This document shows, one piece after another, positions 26,178 through 41,800 of a stretch of 64,000 nt of DNA. The position numbers and the translations under genes are program-made. Each line of letters begins with the position of its first letter. Within the stretch, counting starts at the first letter, position 1. The DNA is from Auanema rhodensis (lineage: Eukaryota; Animalia; Nematoda): the NCBI GenBank assembly GCA_964057225.1, contig OZ059900.1, positions 21,576,001-21,640,000 of the forward strand. Direction: 5' to 3'. The notes under the pieces were generated by a model. The model saw only the letters and a program-made list of their open reading frames with translations. It was not told the origin of the DNA and made no database searches.

Positions 26178-29100
26178 ACATTTTACATGCTGAACACTAT
26201 AAAAATACAAAAACACAGTATTTCCCATGAGAAATATTTTATTATGCTGGAAAACCAGTTTTTGGAAATTTCGCTGTAAACAAGGTTTTGACTTACGATT
26301 TCATGTGTTCAAACTCATGCAATGTCAATGAAACCTAGCTCAAAATTGTTCCTACAACGTCTAGTTCCACTTTCACGACAAAAAAACAGGGGTTAGAAAA
26401 TTAAGGAAATTAGCATATTCTGAGGGCACGCCCCTTATGGCTAATATTGATTAAATCGATTTTTGTTCATATGAGTCGTCAAATGAAACGAATTTCAGCG
26501 TGTTACATACTAAAATGAAGCATTTTACATGCTGAACACTAGAAAAATACAAAAACACAGTATTTCCCATGAGAAATATTTTATTATGCTGGAAAACCAG
26601 TTTTTGGAAATTTCGCTGTAAACAAGGTTTTGACTTACGATTTCATGTGTTCAAACTCATGCAATGTCAATGAAACCTAGCTCAAAATTGTTATTACAAC
26701 GTCTAGTTTCACTTTCACGACAAAAAAACAGGGGTTAGAAAATTAAGGAAATTAGCATATTCTGAGGGCACGCCTCTTATGGCTAATATTGATTAAATCG
26801 ATTTTTGTTCATATGAGTCGTCAAATGCAACGAATTTCAGCGTGTTACATACTAAAATGAAACATTTTACATGCTGAACACTATAAAAATACAAAAACAC
26901 AGTATTTCCCATGAGAAATATTTTATTATGCTGGAAAACCAGTTTTTGGAAATTTCGCTGTAAACAAGGTTTTGACTTACGATTTCATGTGTTCAAACTC
27001 ATGCAATGTCAATGAAACCTAGCTCAAAATTGTTCCTACAACGTCTAGTTCCACTTTCACGACAAAAAAACAGGGGTTAGAAAATTAAGGAAATTAGCAT
27101 ATTCTGAGGGCACGCCCCTTATGGCTAATATTGATTAAATCGATTTTTGTTCATATGAGTCGTCAAATGAAACGAATTTCAGCGTGTTACATACTAAAAT
27201 GAAGCATTTTACATGCTGAACACTAGAAAAATACAAAAACACAGTATTTCCCATGAGAAATATTTTATTATGCTGGAAAACCAGTTTTTGGAAATTTCGC
27301 TGTAAACAAGGTTTTGACTTACGATTTCATGTGTTCAAACTCATGCAATGTCAATGAAACCTAGCTCAAAATTGTTCCTACAACGTCTAGTTCCACTTTC
27401 ACGACAACAAAACAGGGGTTAGAAAATTAAGGAAATTAGCATATTCTGAGGGCACGCCCCTTATGGCTAATATTGATTAAATCGATTTTTGTTCATATGA
27501 GTCGTCAAATGCAACGAATTTCAGCGTGTTACATACTAAAATGAAGCATTTCACATGCTGAACACTAGAAAAATACAAAAACACAGTATTTCCCATGAGA
27601 AATATTTTATTATGCTGGAAAACCAGTTTTTGGAAATTTCGCTGTAAACAAGGTTTTGACTTACGATTTCATGTGTTCAAACTCATGCAATGTCAATGAA
27701 ACCTAGCTCAAAATTGTTCCTACAACGTCTAGTTCCACTTTCACGACAACAAAACAGGGGTTAGAAAATTAAGGAAATTAGCATATTCTGAGGGCACGCC
27801 CCTTATGGCTAATATTGATTAAATCGATTTTTGTTCATATGAGTCGTCAAATGCAACGAATTTCAGCGTGTTACATACTAAAATGAAGCATTTCACATGC
27901 TGAACACTAGAAAAATACAAAAACACAGTATTTCCCATGAGAAATATTTTATTATGCTGGAAAACCAGTTTTTGGAAATTTCGCTGTAAACAAGGTTTTG
28001 ACTTACGATTTCATGTGTTCAAACTCATGCAATGTCAATGAAACCTAGCTCAAAATTGTTATTACAACGTCTAGTTCCACTTTCACGACAAAAAAACAGG
28101 GGTTAGAAAATTAAGGAAATTAGCATATTCTGAGGGCACGCCTCTTATGGCTAATATTGATTAAATCGATTTTTGTTCATATGAGTCGTCAAATGCAACG
28201 AATTTCAGCGTGTTACATACTAAAATGAAACATTTTACATGCTGAACACTATAAAAATACAAAAACACAGTATTTCCCATGAGAAATATTTTATTATGCT
28301 GGAAAACCAGTTTTTGGAAATTTCGCTGTAAACAAGGTTTTGACTTACGATTTCATGTGTTCAAACTCATGCAATGTCAATGAAACCTAGCTCAAAATTG
28401 TTCCTACAACGTCTAGTTCCACTTTCACGACAAAAAAACAGGGGTTAGAAAATTAAGGAAATTAGCATATTCTGAGGGCACGCCCCTTATGGCTAATATT
28501 GATTAAATCGATTTTTGTTCATATGAGTCGTCAAATGAAACGAATTTCAGCGTGTTACATACTAAAATGAAGCATTTTACATGCTGAACACTAGAAAAAT
28601 ACAAAAACACAGTATTTCCCATGAGAAATATTTTATTATGCTGGAAAACCAGTTTTTGGAAATTTCGCTGTAAACAAGGTTTTGACTTACGATTTCATGT
28701 GTTCAAACTCATGCAATGTCAATGAAACCTAGCTCAAAATTGTTATTACAACGTCTAGTTTCACTTTCACGACAAAAAAACAGGGGTTAGAAAATTAAGG
28801 AAATTAGCATATTCTGAGGGCACGCCTCTTATGGCTAATATTGATTAAATCGATTTTTGTTCATATGAGTCGTCAAATGCAACGAATTTCAGCGTGTTAC
28901 ATACTAAAATGAAACATTTTACATGCTGAACACTATAAAAATACAAAAACACAGTATTTCCCATGAGAAATATTTTATTATGCTGGAAAACCAGTTTTTG
29001 GAAATTTCGCTGTAAACAAGGTTTTGACTTACGATTTCATGTGTTCAAACTCATGCAATGTCAATGAAACCTAGCTCAAAATTGTTCCTACAACGTCTAG

Positions 29101-32100
29101 TTCCACTTTCACGACAAAAAAACAGGGGTTAGAAAATTAAGGAAATTAGCATATTCTGAGGGCACGCCCCTTATGGCTAATATTGATTAAATCGATTTTT
29201 GTTCATATGAGTCGTCAAATGAAACGAATTTCAGCGTGTTACATACTAAAATGAAGCATTTTACATGCTGAACACTAGAAAAATACAAAAACACAGTATT
29301 TCCCATGAGAAATATTTTATTATGCTGGAAAACCAGTTTTTGGAAATTTCGCTGTAAACAAGGTTTTGACTTACGATTTCATGTGTTCAAACTCATGCAA
29401 TGTCAATGAAACCTAGCTCAAAATTGTTCCTACAACGTCTAGTTCCACTTTCACGACAAAAAAACAGGGGTTAGAAAATTAAGGAAATTAGCATATTCTG
29501 AGGGCACGCCCCTTATGGCTAATATTGATTAAATCGATTTTTGTTCATATGAGTCGTCAAATGAAACGAATTTCAGCGTGTTACATACTAAAATGAAGCA
29601 TTTTACATGCTGAACACTAGAAAAATACAAAAACACAGTATTTCCCATGAGAAATATTTTATTATGCTGGAAAACCAGTTTTTGGAAATTTCGCTGTAAA
29701 CAAGGTTTTGACTTACGATTTCATGTGTTCAAACTCATGCAATGTCAATGAAAACTAGCTCAAAATTGTTCCTACAACGTCTAGTTCCACTTTCACGACA
29801 ACAAAACAGGGGTTAGAAAATTAAGGAAATTAGCATATTCTGAGGGCACGCCCCTTATGGCTAATATTGATTAAATCGATTTTTGTTCATATGAGTCGTC
29901 AAATGCAACGAATTTCAGCGTGTTACATACTAAAATGAAGCATTTCACATGCTGAACACTAGAAAAATACAAAAACACAGTATTTCCCATGAGAAATATT
30001 TTATTATGCTGGAAAACCAGTTTTTGGAAATTTCGCTGTAAACAAGGTTTTGACTTACGATTTCATGTGTTCAAACTCATGCAATGTCAATGAAACCTAG
30101 CTCAAAATTGTTCCTACAACGTCTAGTTCCACTTTCACGACAACAAAACAGGGGTTAGAAAATTAAGGAAATTAGCATATTCTGAGGGCACGCCCCTTAT
30201 GGCTAATATTGATTAAATCGATTTTTGTTCATATGAGTCGTCAAATGCAACGAATTTCAGCGTGTTACATACTAAAATGAAGCATTTCACATGCTGAACA
30301 CTAGAAAAATACAAAAACACAGTATTTCCCATGAGAAATATTTTATTATGCTGGAAAACCAGTTTTTGGAAATTTCGCTGTAAACAAGGTTTTGACTTAC
30401 GATTTCATGTGTTCAAACTCATGCAATGTCAATGAAACCTAGCTCAAAATTGTTATTACAACGTCTAGTTCCACTTTCACGACAAAAAAACAGGGGTTAG
30501 AAAATTAAGGAAATTAGCATATTCTGAGGGCACGCCCCTTATGGCTAATATTGATTAAATCGATTTTTGTTCATATGAGTCGTCAAATGAAACGAATTTC
30601 AGCGTGTTACATACTAAAATGAAACATTTTACATGCTGAACACTATAAAAATACAAAAACACAGTATTTCCCATGAGAAATATTTTATTATGCTGGAAAA
30701 CCAGTTTTTGGAAATTTCGCTGTAAACAAGGTTTTGACTTACGATTTCATGTGTTCAAACTCATGCAATGTCAATGAAACCTAGCTCAAAATTGTTCCTA
30801 CAACGTCTAGTTCCACTTTCACGACAAAAAAACAGGGGTTAGAAAATTAAGGAAATTAGCATATTCTGAGGGCACGCCCCTTATGGCTAATATTGATTAA
30901 ATCGATTTTTGTTCATATGAGTCGTCAAATGAAACGAATTTCAGCGTGTTACATACTAAAATGAAGCATTTTACATGCTGAACACTAGAAAAATACAAAA
31001 ACACAGTATTTCCCATGAGAAATATTTTATTATGCTGGAAAACCAGTTTTTGGAAATTTCGCTGTAAACAAGGTTTTGACTTACGATTTCATGTGTTCAA
31101 ACTCATGCAATGTCAATGAAACCTAGCTCAAAATTGTTATTACAACGTCTAGTTTCACTTTCACGACAAAAAAACAGGGGTTAGAAAATTAAGGAAATTA
31201 GCATATTCTGAGGGCACGCCTCTTATGGCTAATATTGATTAAATCGATTTTTGTTCATATGAGTCGTCAAATGCAACGAATTTCAGCGTGTTACATACTA
31301 AAATGAAACATTTTACATGCTGAACACTATAAAAATACAAAAACACAGTATTTCCCATGAGAAATATTTTATTATGCTGGAAAACCAGTTTTTGGAAATT
31401 TCGCTGTAAACAAGGTTTTGACTTACGATTTCATGTGTTCAAACTCATGCAATGTCAATGAAACCTAGCTCAAAATTGTTCCTACAACGTCTAGTTCCAC
31501 TTTCACGACAAAAAAACAGGGGTTAGAAAATTAAGGAAATTAGCATATTCTGAGGGCACGCCCCTTATGGCTAATATTGATTAAATCGATTTTTGTTCAT
31601 ATGAGTCGTCAAATGAAACGAATTTCAGCGTGTTACATACTAAAATGAAGCATTTTACATGCTGAACACTAGAAAAATACAAAAACACAGTATTTCCCAT
31701 GAGAAATATTTTATTATGCTGGAAAACCAGTTTTTGGAAATTTCGCTGTAAACAAGGTTTTGACTTACGATTTCATGTGTTCAAACTCATGCAATGTCAA
31801 TGAAACCTAGCTCAAAATTGTTCCTACAACGTCTAGTTCCACTTTCACGACAAAAAAACAGGGGTTAGAAAATTAAGGAAATTAGCATATTCTGAGGGCA
31901 CGCCCCTTATGGCTAATATTGATTAAATCGATTTTTGTTCATATGAGTCGTCAAATGAAACAAATTTCAGCGTGTTACATACTAAAATGAAGCATTTTAC
32001 ATGCTGAACACTAGAAAAATACAAAAACACAGTATTTCCCATGAGAAATATTTTATTATGCTGGAAAACCAGTTTTTGGAAATTTCGCTGTAAACAAGGT

Positions 32101-35100
32101 TTTGACTTACGATTTCATGTGTTCAAACTCATGCAATGTCAATGAAACCTAGCTCAAAATTGTTCCTACAACGTCTAGTTCCACTTTCACGACAACAAAA
32201 CAGGGGTTAGAAAATTAAGGAAATTAGCATATTCTGAGGGCACGCCCCTTATGGCTAATATTGATTAAATCGATTTTTGTTCATATGAGTCGTCAAATGC
32301 AACGAATTTCAGCGTGTTACATACTAAAATGAAGCATTTCACATGCTGAACACTAGAAAAATACAAAAACACAGTATTTCCCATGAGAAATATTTTATTA
32401 TGCTGGAAAACCAGTTTTTGGAAATTTCGCTGTAAACAAGGTTTTGACTTACGATTTCATGTGTTCAAACTCATGCAATGTCAATGAAACCTAGCTCAAA
32501 ATTGTTCCTACAACGTCTAGTTCCACTTTCACGACAACAAAACAGGGGTTAGAAAATTAAGGAAATTAGCATATTCTGAGGGCACGCCCCTTATGGCTAA
32601 TATTGATTAAATCGATTTTTGTTCATATGAGTCGTCAAATGCAACGAATTTCAGCGTGTTACATACTAAAATGAAGCATTTCACATGCTGAACACTAGAA
32701 AAATACAAAAACACAGTATTTCCCATGAGAAATATTTTATTATGCTGGAAAACCAGTTTTTGGAAATTTCGCTGTAAACAAGGTTTTGACTTACGATTTC
32801 ATGTGTTCAAACTCATGCAATGTCAATGAAACCTAGCTCAAAATTGTTATTACAACGTCTAGTTCCACTTTCACGACAAAAAAACAGGGGTTAGAAAATT
32901 AAGGAAATTAGCATATTCTGAGGGCACGCCTCTTATGGCTAATATTGATTAAATCGATTTTTGTTCATATGAGTCGTCAAATGCAACGAATTTCAGCGTG
33001 TTACATACTAAAATGAAACATTTTACATGCTGAACACTATAAAAATACAAAAACACAGTATTTCCCATGAGAAATATTTTATTATGCTGGAAAACCAGTT
33101 TTTGGAAATTTCGCTGTAAACAAGGTTTTGACTTACGATTTCATGTGTTCAAACTCATGCAATGTCAATGAAACCTAGCTCAAAATTGTTCCTACAACGT
33201 CTAGTTCCACTTTCACGACAAAAAAACAGGGGTTAGAAAATTAAGGAAATTAGCATATTCTGAGGGCACGCCCCTTATGGCTAATATTGATTAAATCGAT
33301 TTTTGTTCATATGAGTCGTCAAATGAAACGAATTTCAGCGTGTTACATACTAAAATGAAGCATTTTACATGCTGAACACTAGAAAAATACAAAAACACAG
33401 TATTTCCCATGAGAAATATTTTATTATGCTGGAAAACCAGTTTTTGGAAATTTCGCTGTAAACAAGGTTTTGACTTACGATTTCATGTGTTCAAACTCAT
33501 GCAATGTCAATGAAACCTAGCTCAAAATTGTTATTACAACGTCTAGTTTCACTTTCACGACAAAAAAACAGGGGTTAGAAAATTAAGGAAATTAGCATAT
33601 TCTGAGGGCACGCCTCTTATGGCTAATATTGATTAAATCGATTTTTGTTCATATGAGTCGTCAAATGCAACGAATTTCAGCGTGTTACATACTAAAATGA
33701 AACATTTTACATGCTGAACACTATAAAAATACAAAAACACAGTATTTCCCATGAGAAATATTTTATTATGCTGGAAAACCAGTTTTTGGAAATTTCGCTG
33801 TAAACAAGGTTTTGACTTACGATTTCATGTGTTCAAACTCATGCAATGTCAATGAAACCTAGCTCAAAATTGTTCCTACAACGTCTAGTTCCACTTTCAC
33901 GACAAAAAAACAGGGGTTAGAAAATTAAGGAAATTAGCATATTCTGAGGGCACGCCCCTTATGGCTAATATTGATTAAATCGATTTTTGTTCATATGAGT
34001 CGTCAAATGAAACGAATTTCAGCGTGTTACATACTAAAATGAAGCATTTTACATGCTGAACACTAGAAAAATACAAAAACACAGTATTTCCCATGAGAAA
34101 TATTTTATTATGCTGGAAAACCAGTTTTTGGAAATTTCGCTGTAAACAAGGTTTTGACTTACGATTTCATGTGTTCAAACTCATGCAATGTCAATGAAAC
34201 CTAGCTCAAAATTGTTCCTACAACGTCTAGTTCCACTTTCACGACAACAAAACAGGGGTTAGAAAATTAAGGAAATTAGCATATTCTGAGGGCACGCCCC
34301 TTATGGCTAATATTGATTAAATCGATTTTTGTTCATATGAGTCGTCAAATGCAACGAATTTCAGCGTGTTACATACTAAAATGAAGCATTTCACATGCTG
34401 AACACTAGAAAAATACAAAAACACAGTATTTCCCATGAGAAATATTTTATTATGCTGGAAAACCAGTTTTTGGAAATTTCGCTGTAAACAAGGTTTTGAC
34501 TTACGATTTCATGTGTTCAAACTCATGCAATGTCAATGAAACCTAGCTCAAAATTGTTATTACAACGTCTAGTTCCACTTTCACGACAAAAAAACAGGGG
34601 TTAGAAAATTAAGGAAATTAGCATATTCTGAGGGCACGCCTCTTATGGCTAATATTGATTAAATCGATTTTTGTTCATATGAGTCGTCAAATGCAACGAA
34701 TTTCAGCGTGTTACATACTAAAATGAAACATTTTACATGCTGAACACTATAAAAATACAAAAACACAGTATTTCCCATGAGAAATATTTTATTATGCTGG
34801 AAAACCAGTTTTTGGAAATTTCGCTGTAAACAAGGTTTTGACTTACGATTTCATGTGTTCAAACTCATGCAATGTCAATGAAACCTAGCTCAAAATTGTT
34901 CCTACAACGTCTAGTTCCACTTTCACGACAAAAAAACAGGGGTTAGAAAATTAAGGAAATTAGCATATTCTGAGGGCACGCCCCTTATGGCTAATATTGA
35001 TTAAATCGATTTTTGTTCATATGAGTCGTCAAATGAAACGAATTTCAGCGTGTTACATACTAAAATGAAGCATTTTACATGCTGAACACTAGAAAAATAC

Positions 35101-35884
35101 AAAAACACAGTATTTCCCATGAGAAATATTTTATTATGCTGGAAAACCAGTTTTTGGAAATTTCGCTGTAAACAAGGTTTTGACTTACGATTTCATGTGT
35201 TCAAACTCATGCAATGTCAATGAAACCTAGCTCAAAATTGTTATTACAACGTCTAGTTTCACTTTCACGACAAAAAAACAGGGGTTAGAAAATTAAGGAA
35301 ATTAGCATATTCTGAGGGCACGCCTCTTATGGCTAATATTGATTAAATCGATTTTTGTTCATATGAGTCGTCAAATGCAACGAATTTCAGCGTGTTACAT
35401 ACTAAAATGAAACATTTTACATGCTGAACACTATAAAAATACAAAAACACAGTATTTCCCATGAGAAATATTTTATTATGCTGGAAAACCAGTTTTTGGA
35501 AATTTCGCTGTAAACAAGGTTTTGACTTACGATTTCATGTGTTCAAACTCATGCAATGTCAATGAAACCTAGCTCAAAATTGTTCCTACAACGTCTAGTT
35601 CCACTTTCACGACAAAAAAACAGGGGTTAGAAAATTAAGGAAATTAGCATATTCTGAGGGCACGCCCCTTATGGCTAATATTGATTAAATCGATTTTTGT
35701 TCATATGAGTCGTCAAATGAAACGAATTTCAGCGTGTTACATACTAAAATGAAGTATTTTACATGCTGAACATTATAAAAATACAAAAACACAGTATTTC
35801 CCATGAGAAATATTTTATTATGCTGGAAAACCAGTTTTTGGAAATTTCGCTGTAAACAAGGTTTTGACTTACGATTTCATGTGT
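25625..35884 (+). repeat. Variable-length higher-order repeat A(1-2)-B-C-B'-C(1-2), five copies of 5, 7, 7, 6 and 5 monomers
   Basis: Monomer types: A = CAACAAAA + CATTTCAC; B = TTATTAC + CCTCTT + AAACAT + CTATA; B' = B + TAGTTTC; C = ATGAAACG. Copies start at 25625, 27335, 29729, 32123 and 34175. Confidence 0.85.
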
Positions 35885-38800
35885 TCAAACTCATGCAATG
35901 TCAATGAAACCTAGCTCAAAATTGTTCCTACAACGTCTAGTTCCACTTTCACGACAAAAAAACAGGGGTTAGAAAATTAAGGAAATTAGCATATTCTGAG
36001 GGCACGCCCCTTATGGCTAATATTGATTAAATCGATTTTTGTTCATATGAGTCGTCAAATGCAACGAATTTCAGCGTGTTACATACTAAAATGAAACATT
36101 TTACATGCTGAACACTAGAAAAATACAAAAACACAGTATTTCCCATGAGAAATATTTTATTATGCTGGAAAACCAGTTTTTGGAAATTTCGCTGTAAACA
36201 AGGTTTTGACTTACGATTTCATGTGCTCAAACTCATGCAATGTCAATGAAACCTAGCTCAAAATTGTTATTACAACGTCTAGTTTCACTTTCACGACAAA
36301 AAAACAGGGGTTAGAAAATTAAGGAAATTAGCATATTCTGAGGGCACGCCTCTTATGGCTAATATTGATTAAATCGATTTTTGTTCATATGAGTCGTCAA
36401 ATGCAACGAATTTCAGCGTGTTACATACTAAAATGAAACATTTTACATGCTGAACACTATAAAAATACAAAAACACAGTATTTCCCATGAGAAATATTTT
36501 ATTATGCTGGAAAACCAGTTTTTGGAAATTTCGCTGTAAACAAGGTTTTGACTTACGATTTCATGTGTTCAAACTCATGCAATGTCAATGAAACCTAGCT
36601 CAAAATTGTTCCTACAACGTCTAGTTCCACTTTCACGACAAAAAAACAGGGGTTAGAAAATTAAGGAAATTAGCATATTCTGAGGGCACGCCCCTTATGG
36701 CTAATATTGATTAAATCGATTTTTGTTCATATGAGTCGTCAAATGAAACGAATTTCAGCGTGTTACATACTAAAATGAAGCATTTTACATGCTGAACACT
36801 AGAAAAATACAAAAACACAGTATTTCCCATGAGAAATATTTTATTATGCTGGAAAACCAGTTTTTGGAAATTTCGCTGTAAACAAGGTTTTGACTTACGA
36901 TTTCATGTGTTCAAACTCATGCAATGTCAATGAAACCTAGCTCAAAATTGTTCCTACAACGTCTAGTTCCACTTTCACGACAAAAAAACAGGGGTTAGAA
37001 AATTAAGGAAATTAGCATATTCTGAGGGCACGCCCCTTATGGCTAATATTGATTAAATCGATTTTTGTTCATATGAGTCGTCAAATGAAACGAATTTCAG
37101 CGTGTTACATACTAAAATGAAGCATTTTACATGCTGAACACTAGAAAAATACAAAAACACAGTATTTCCCATGAGAAATATTTTATTATGCTGGAAAACC
37201 AGTTTTTGGAAATTTCGCTGTAAACAAGGTTTTGACTTACGATTTCATGTGTTCAAACTCATGCAATGTCAATGAAACCTAGCTCAAAATTGTTCCTACA
37301 ACGTCTAGTTCCACTTTCACGACAACAAAACAGGGGTTAGAAAATTAAGGAAATTAGCATATTCTGAGGGCACGCCCCTTATGGCTAATATTGATTAAAT
37401 CGATTTTTGTTCATATGAGTCGTCAAATGCAACGAATTTCAGCGTGTTACATACTAAAATGAAGCATTTCACATGCTGAACACTAGAAAAATACAAAAAC
37501 ACAGTATTTCCCATGAGAAATATTTTATTATGCTGGAAAACCAGTTTTTGGAAATTTCGCTGTAAACAAGGTTTTGACTTACGATTTCATGTGTTCAAAC
37601 TCATGCAATGTCAATGAAACCTAGCTCAAAATTGTTATTACAACGTCTAGTTCCACTTTCACGACAAAAAAACAGGGGTTAGAAAATTAAGGAAATTAGC
37701 ATATTCTGAGGGCACGCCTCTTATGGCTAATATTGATTAAATCGATTTTTGTTCATATGAGTCGTCAAATGCAACGAATTTCAGCGTGTTACATACTAAA
37801 ATGAAGCATTTTACATGCTGAACACTATAAAAATACAAAAACACAGTATTTCCCATGAGAAATATTTTATTATGCTGGAAAACCAGTTTTTGGAAATTTC
37901 GCTGTAAACAAGGTTTTGACTTACGATTTCATGTGTTCAAACTCATGCAATGTCAATGAAACCTAGCTCAAAATTGTTCCTACAACGTCTAGTTCCACTT
38001 TCACGACAAAAAAACAGTGGTTAGAAAATTAGATAATTAGCATATTCTGAGGGCACGCCCCTTATGGCTAATATTGATTAAATCGATTTTTGTTCATATG
38101 AGTCGTCAAATGCAACGAATTTCAGCGTGTTACATACTAAAATGAAACATTTTACATGCTGAACACTATAAAAATACAAAAACACAGTATTTCCCATGAG
38201 AAATATTTTATTATGCTGGAAAACCAGTTTTTGGAAATTTCGCTGTAAACAAGGTTTTGACTTACGATTTCATGTGTTCAAACTCATGCAATGTCAATGA
38301 AACCTAGCTCAAAATTGTTATTACAACGTCTAGTTCCACTTTCACGACAAAAAAACAGGGGTTAGAAAATTAAGGAAATTAGCATATTCTGAGGGCACGC
38401 CTCTTATGGCTAATATTGATTAAATCGATTTTTGTTCATATGAGTCGTCAAATGCAACGAATTTCAGCGTGTTACATACTAAAATGAAGCATTTTACATG
38501 CTGAACACTATAAAAATACAAAAACACAGTATTTCCCATGAGAAATATTTTATTATGCTGGAAAACCAGTTTTTGGAAATTTCGCTGTAAACAAGGTTTT
38601 GACTTACGATTTCATGTGTTCAAACTCATGCAATGTCAATGAAACCTAGCTCAAAATTGTTCCTACAACGTCTAGTTCCACTTTCACGACAAAAAAACAG
38701 TGGTTAGAAAATTAGATAATTAGCATATTCTGAGGGCACGCCCCTTATGGCTAATATTGATTAAATCGATTTTTGTTCATATGAGTCGTCAAATGCAACG

Positions 38801-41800
38801 AATTTCAGCGTGTTACATACTAAAATGAAACATTTTACATGCTGAACACTATAAAAATACAAAAACACAGTATTTCCCATGAGAAATATTTTATTATGCT
38901 GGAAAACCAGTTTTTGGAAATTTCGCTGTAAACAAGGTTTTGACTTACGATTTCATGTGTTCAAACTCATGCAATGTCAATGAAACCTAGCTCAAAATTG
39001 TTCGTACAACGTCTAGTTCCACTTTCACGACAAAAAAACAGGGGTTAGAAAATTAAGGAAATTAGCATATTCTGAGGGCACGCCTCTTATGGCTAATATT
39101 GATTAAATCGATTTTTGTTCATATGAGTCGTCAAATGCAACGAATTTCAGCGTGTTACATACTAAAATGAAGCATTTTACATGCTGAACACTAGAAAAAT
39201 ACAAAAACACAGTATTTCCCATGAGAAATATTTTATTATGCTGGAAAACCAGTTTTTGGAAATTTCGCTGTAAACAAGGTTTTGACTTACGATTTCATGT
39301 GTTCAAACTCATGCAATGTCAATGAAACCTAGCTCAAAATTGTTATTACAACGTCTAGTTCCACTTTCACGACAAAAAAACAGGGGTTAGAAAATTAAGG
39401 AAATTAGCATATTCTGAGGGCACGCCTCTTATGGCTAATATTGATTAAATCGATTTTTGTTCATATGAGTCGTCAAATGCAACGAATTTCAGCGTGTTAC
39501 ATACTAAAATGAAGCATTTTACATGCTGAACACTATAAAAATACAAAAACACAGTATTTCCCATGAGAAATATTTTATTATGCTGGAAAACCAGTTTTTG
39601 GAAATTTCGCTGTAAACAAGGTTTTGACTTACGATTTCATGTGTTCAAACTCATGCAATGTCAATGAAACCTAGCTCAAAATTGTTCCTACAACGTCTAG
39701 TTCCACTTTCACGACAAAAAAACAGTGGTTAGAAAATTAGATAATTAGCATATTCTGAGGGCACGCCCCTTATGGCTAATATTGATTAAATCGATTTTTG
39801 TTCATATGAGTCGTCAAATGCAACGAATTTCAGCGTGTTACATACTAAAATGAAACATTTTACATGCTGAACACTATAAAAATACAAAAACACAGTATTT
39901 CCCATGAGAAATATTTTATTATGCTGGAAAACCAGTTTTTGGAAATTTCGCTGTAAACAAGGTTTTGACTTACGATTTCATGTGTTCAAACTCATGCAAT
40001 GTCAATGAAACCTAGCTCAAAATTGTTCGTACAACGTCTAGTTCCACTTTCACGACAAAAAAACAGGGGTTAGAAAATTAAGGAAATTAGCATATTCTGA
40101 GGGCACGCCTCTTATGGCTAATATTGATTAAATCGATTTTTGTTCATATGAGTCGTCAAATGCAACGAATTTCAGCGTGTTACATACTAAAATGAAGCAT
40201 TTTACATGCTGAACACTAGAAAAATACAAAAACACAGTATTTCCCATGAGAAATATTTTATTATGCTGGAAAACCAGTTTTTGGAAATTTCGCTGTAAAC
40301 AAGGTTTTGACTTACGATTTCATGTGTTCAAACTCATGCAATGTCAATGAAACCTAGCTCAAAATTGTTCCTACAACGTCTAGTTCCACTTTCACGACAA
40401 CAAAACAGGGGTTAGAAAATTAAGGAAATTAGCATATTCTGAGGGCACGCCCCTTATGGCTAATATTGATTAAATCGATTTTTGTTCATATGAGTCGTCA
40501 AATGCAACGAATTTCAGCGTGTTACATACTAAAATGAAGCATTTCACATGCTGAACACTAGAAAAATACAAAAACACAGTATTTCCCATAAGAAATATTT
40601 TATTATGCTGGAAAACCAGTTTTTGGAAAGTTCGCTGTAAACAAGGTTTTGACTTACGATTTCATGTGTTCAAACTCATGCAATGTCAATGAAACCTAGC
40701 TCAAAATTGTTCCTACAACGTCTAGTTCCACTTTCACGACAACAAAACAGGGGTTAGAAAATTAAGGAAATTAGCATATTCTGAGGGCACGCCCTTTATG
40801 GCTAATATTGATTAAATCGATTTTTGTTCATATGAGTCGTCAAATGCAACGAATTTCAGCGTGTTACATACTAAAATGAAACATTTTACATGCTGAACAT
40901 TATAAAAATACAAAAACACAGTATTTCCCATGAGAAATATTTTATTATGCTGGAAAACCAGTTTTTGGAAATTTCGCTGTAAACAAGGTTTTGACTTACG
41001 ATTTCATGTGTTCAAACTCATGCAATGTCAATGAAACCTAGCTCAAAATTGTTCCTACAACGTCTAGTTCCACTTTCACGACAAAAAAACAGGGGTTAGA
41101 AAATTAAGGAAATTAGCATATTCTGAGGGCACGCCCCTTATGGCTAATATTGATTAAATCGATTTTTGTTCATATGAGTCGTCAAATGCAACGAATTTCA
41201 GCGTGTTACATACTAAAATGAAACATTTTACATGCTGAACACTAGAAAAATACAAAAACACAGTATTTCCCATGAGAAATATTTTATTATGCTGGAAAAC
41301 CAGTTTTTGGAAATTTCGCTGTAAACAAGGTTTTGACTTACGATTTCATGTGCTCAAACTCATGCAATGTCAATGAAACCTAGCTCAAAATTGTTATTAC
41401 AACGTCTAGTTCGACTTTCACGACAAAAAAACAGGGGTTAGAAAATTAAGGAAATTAGCATATTCTGAGGGCACGCCTCTTATGGCTAATATTGATTAAA
41501 TCGATTTTTGTTCATATGAGTCGTCAAATGCAACGAATTTCAGCGTGTTACATACTAAAATGAAACATTTTACATGCTGAACACTATAAAAATACAAAAA
41601 CACAGTATTTCCCATGAGAAATATTTTATTATGCTGGAAAACCAGTTTTTGGAAATTTCGCTGTAAACAAGGTTTTGACTTACGATTTCATGTGTTCAAA
41701 CTCATGCAATGTCAATGAAACCTAGCTCAAAATTGTTATTACAACGTCTAGTTTCACTTTCACGACAAAAAAACAGGGGTTAGAAAATTAAGGAAATTAG

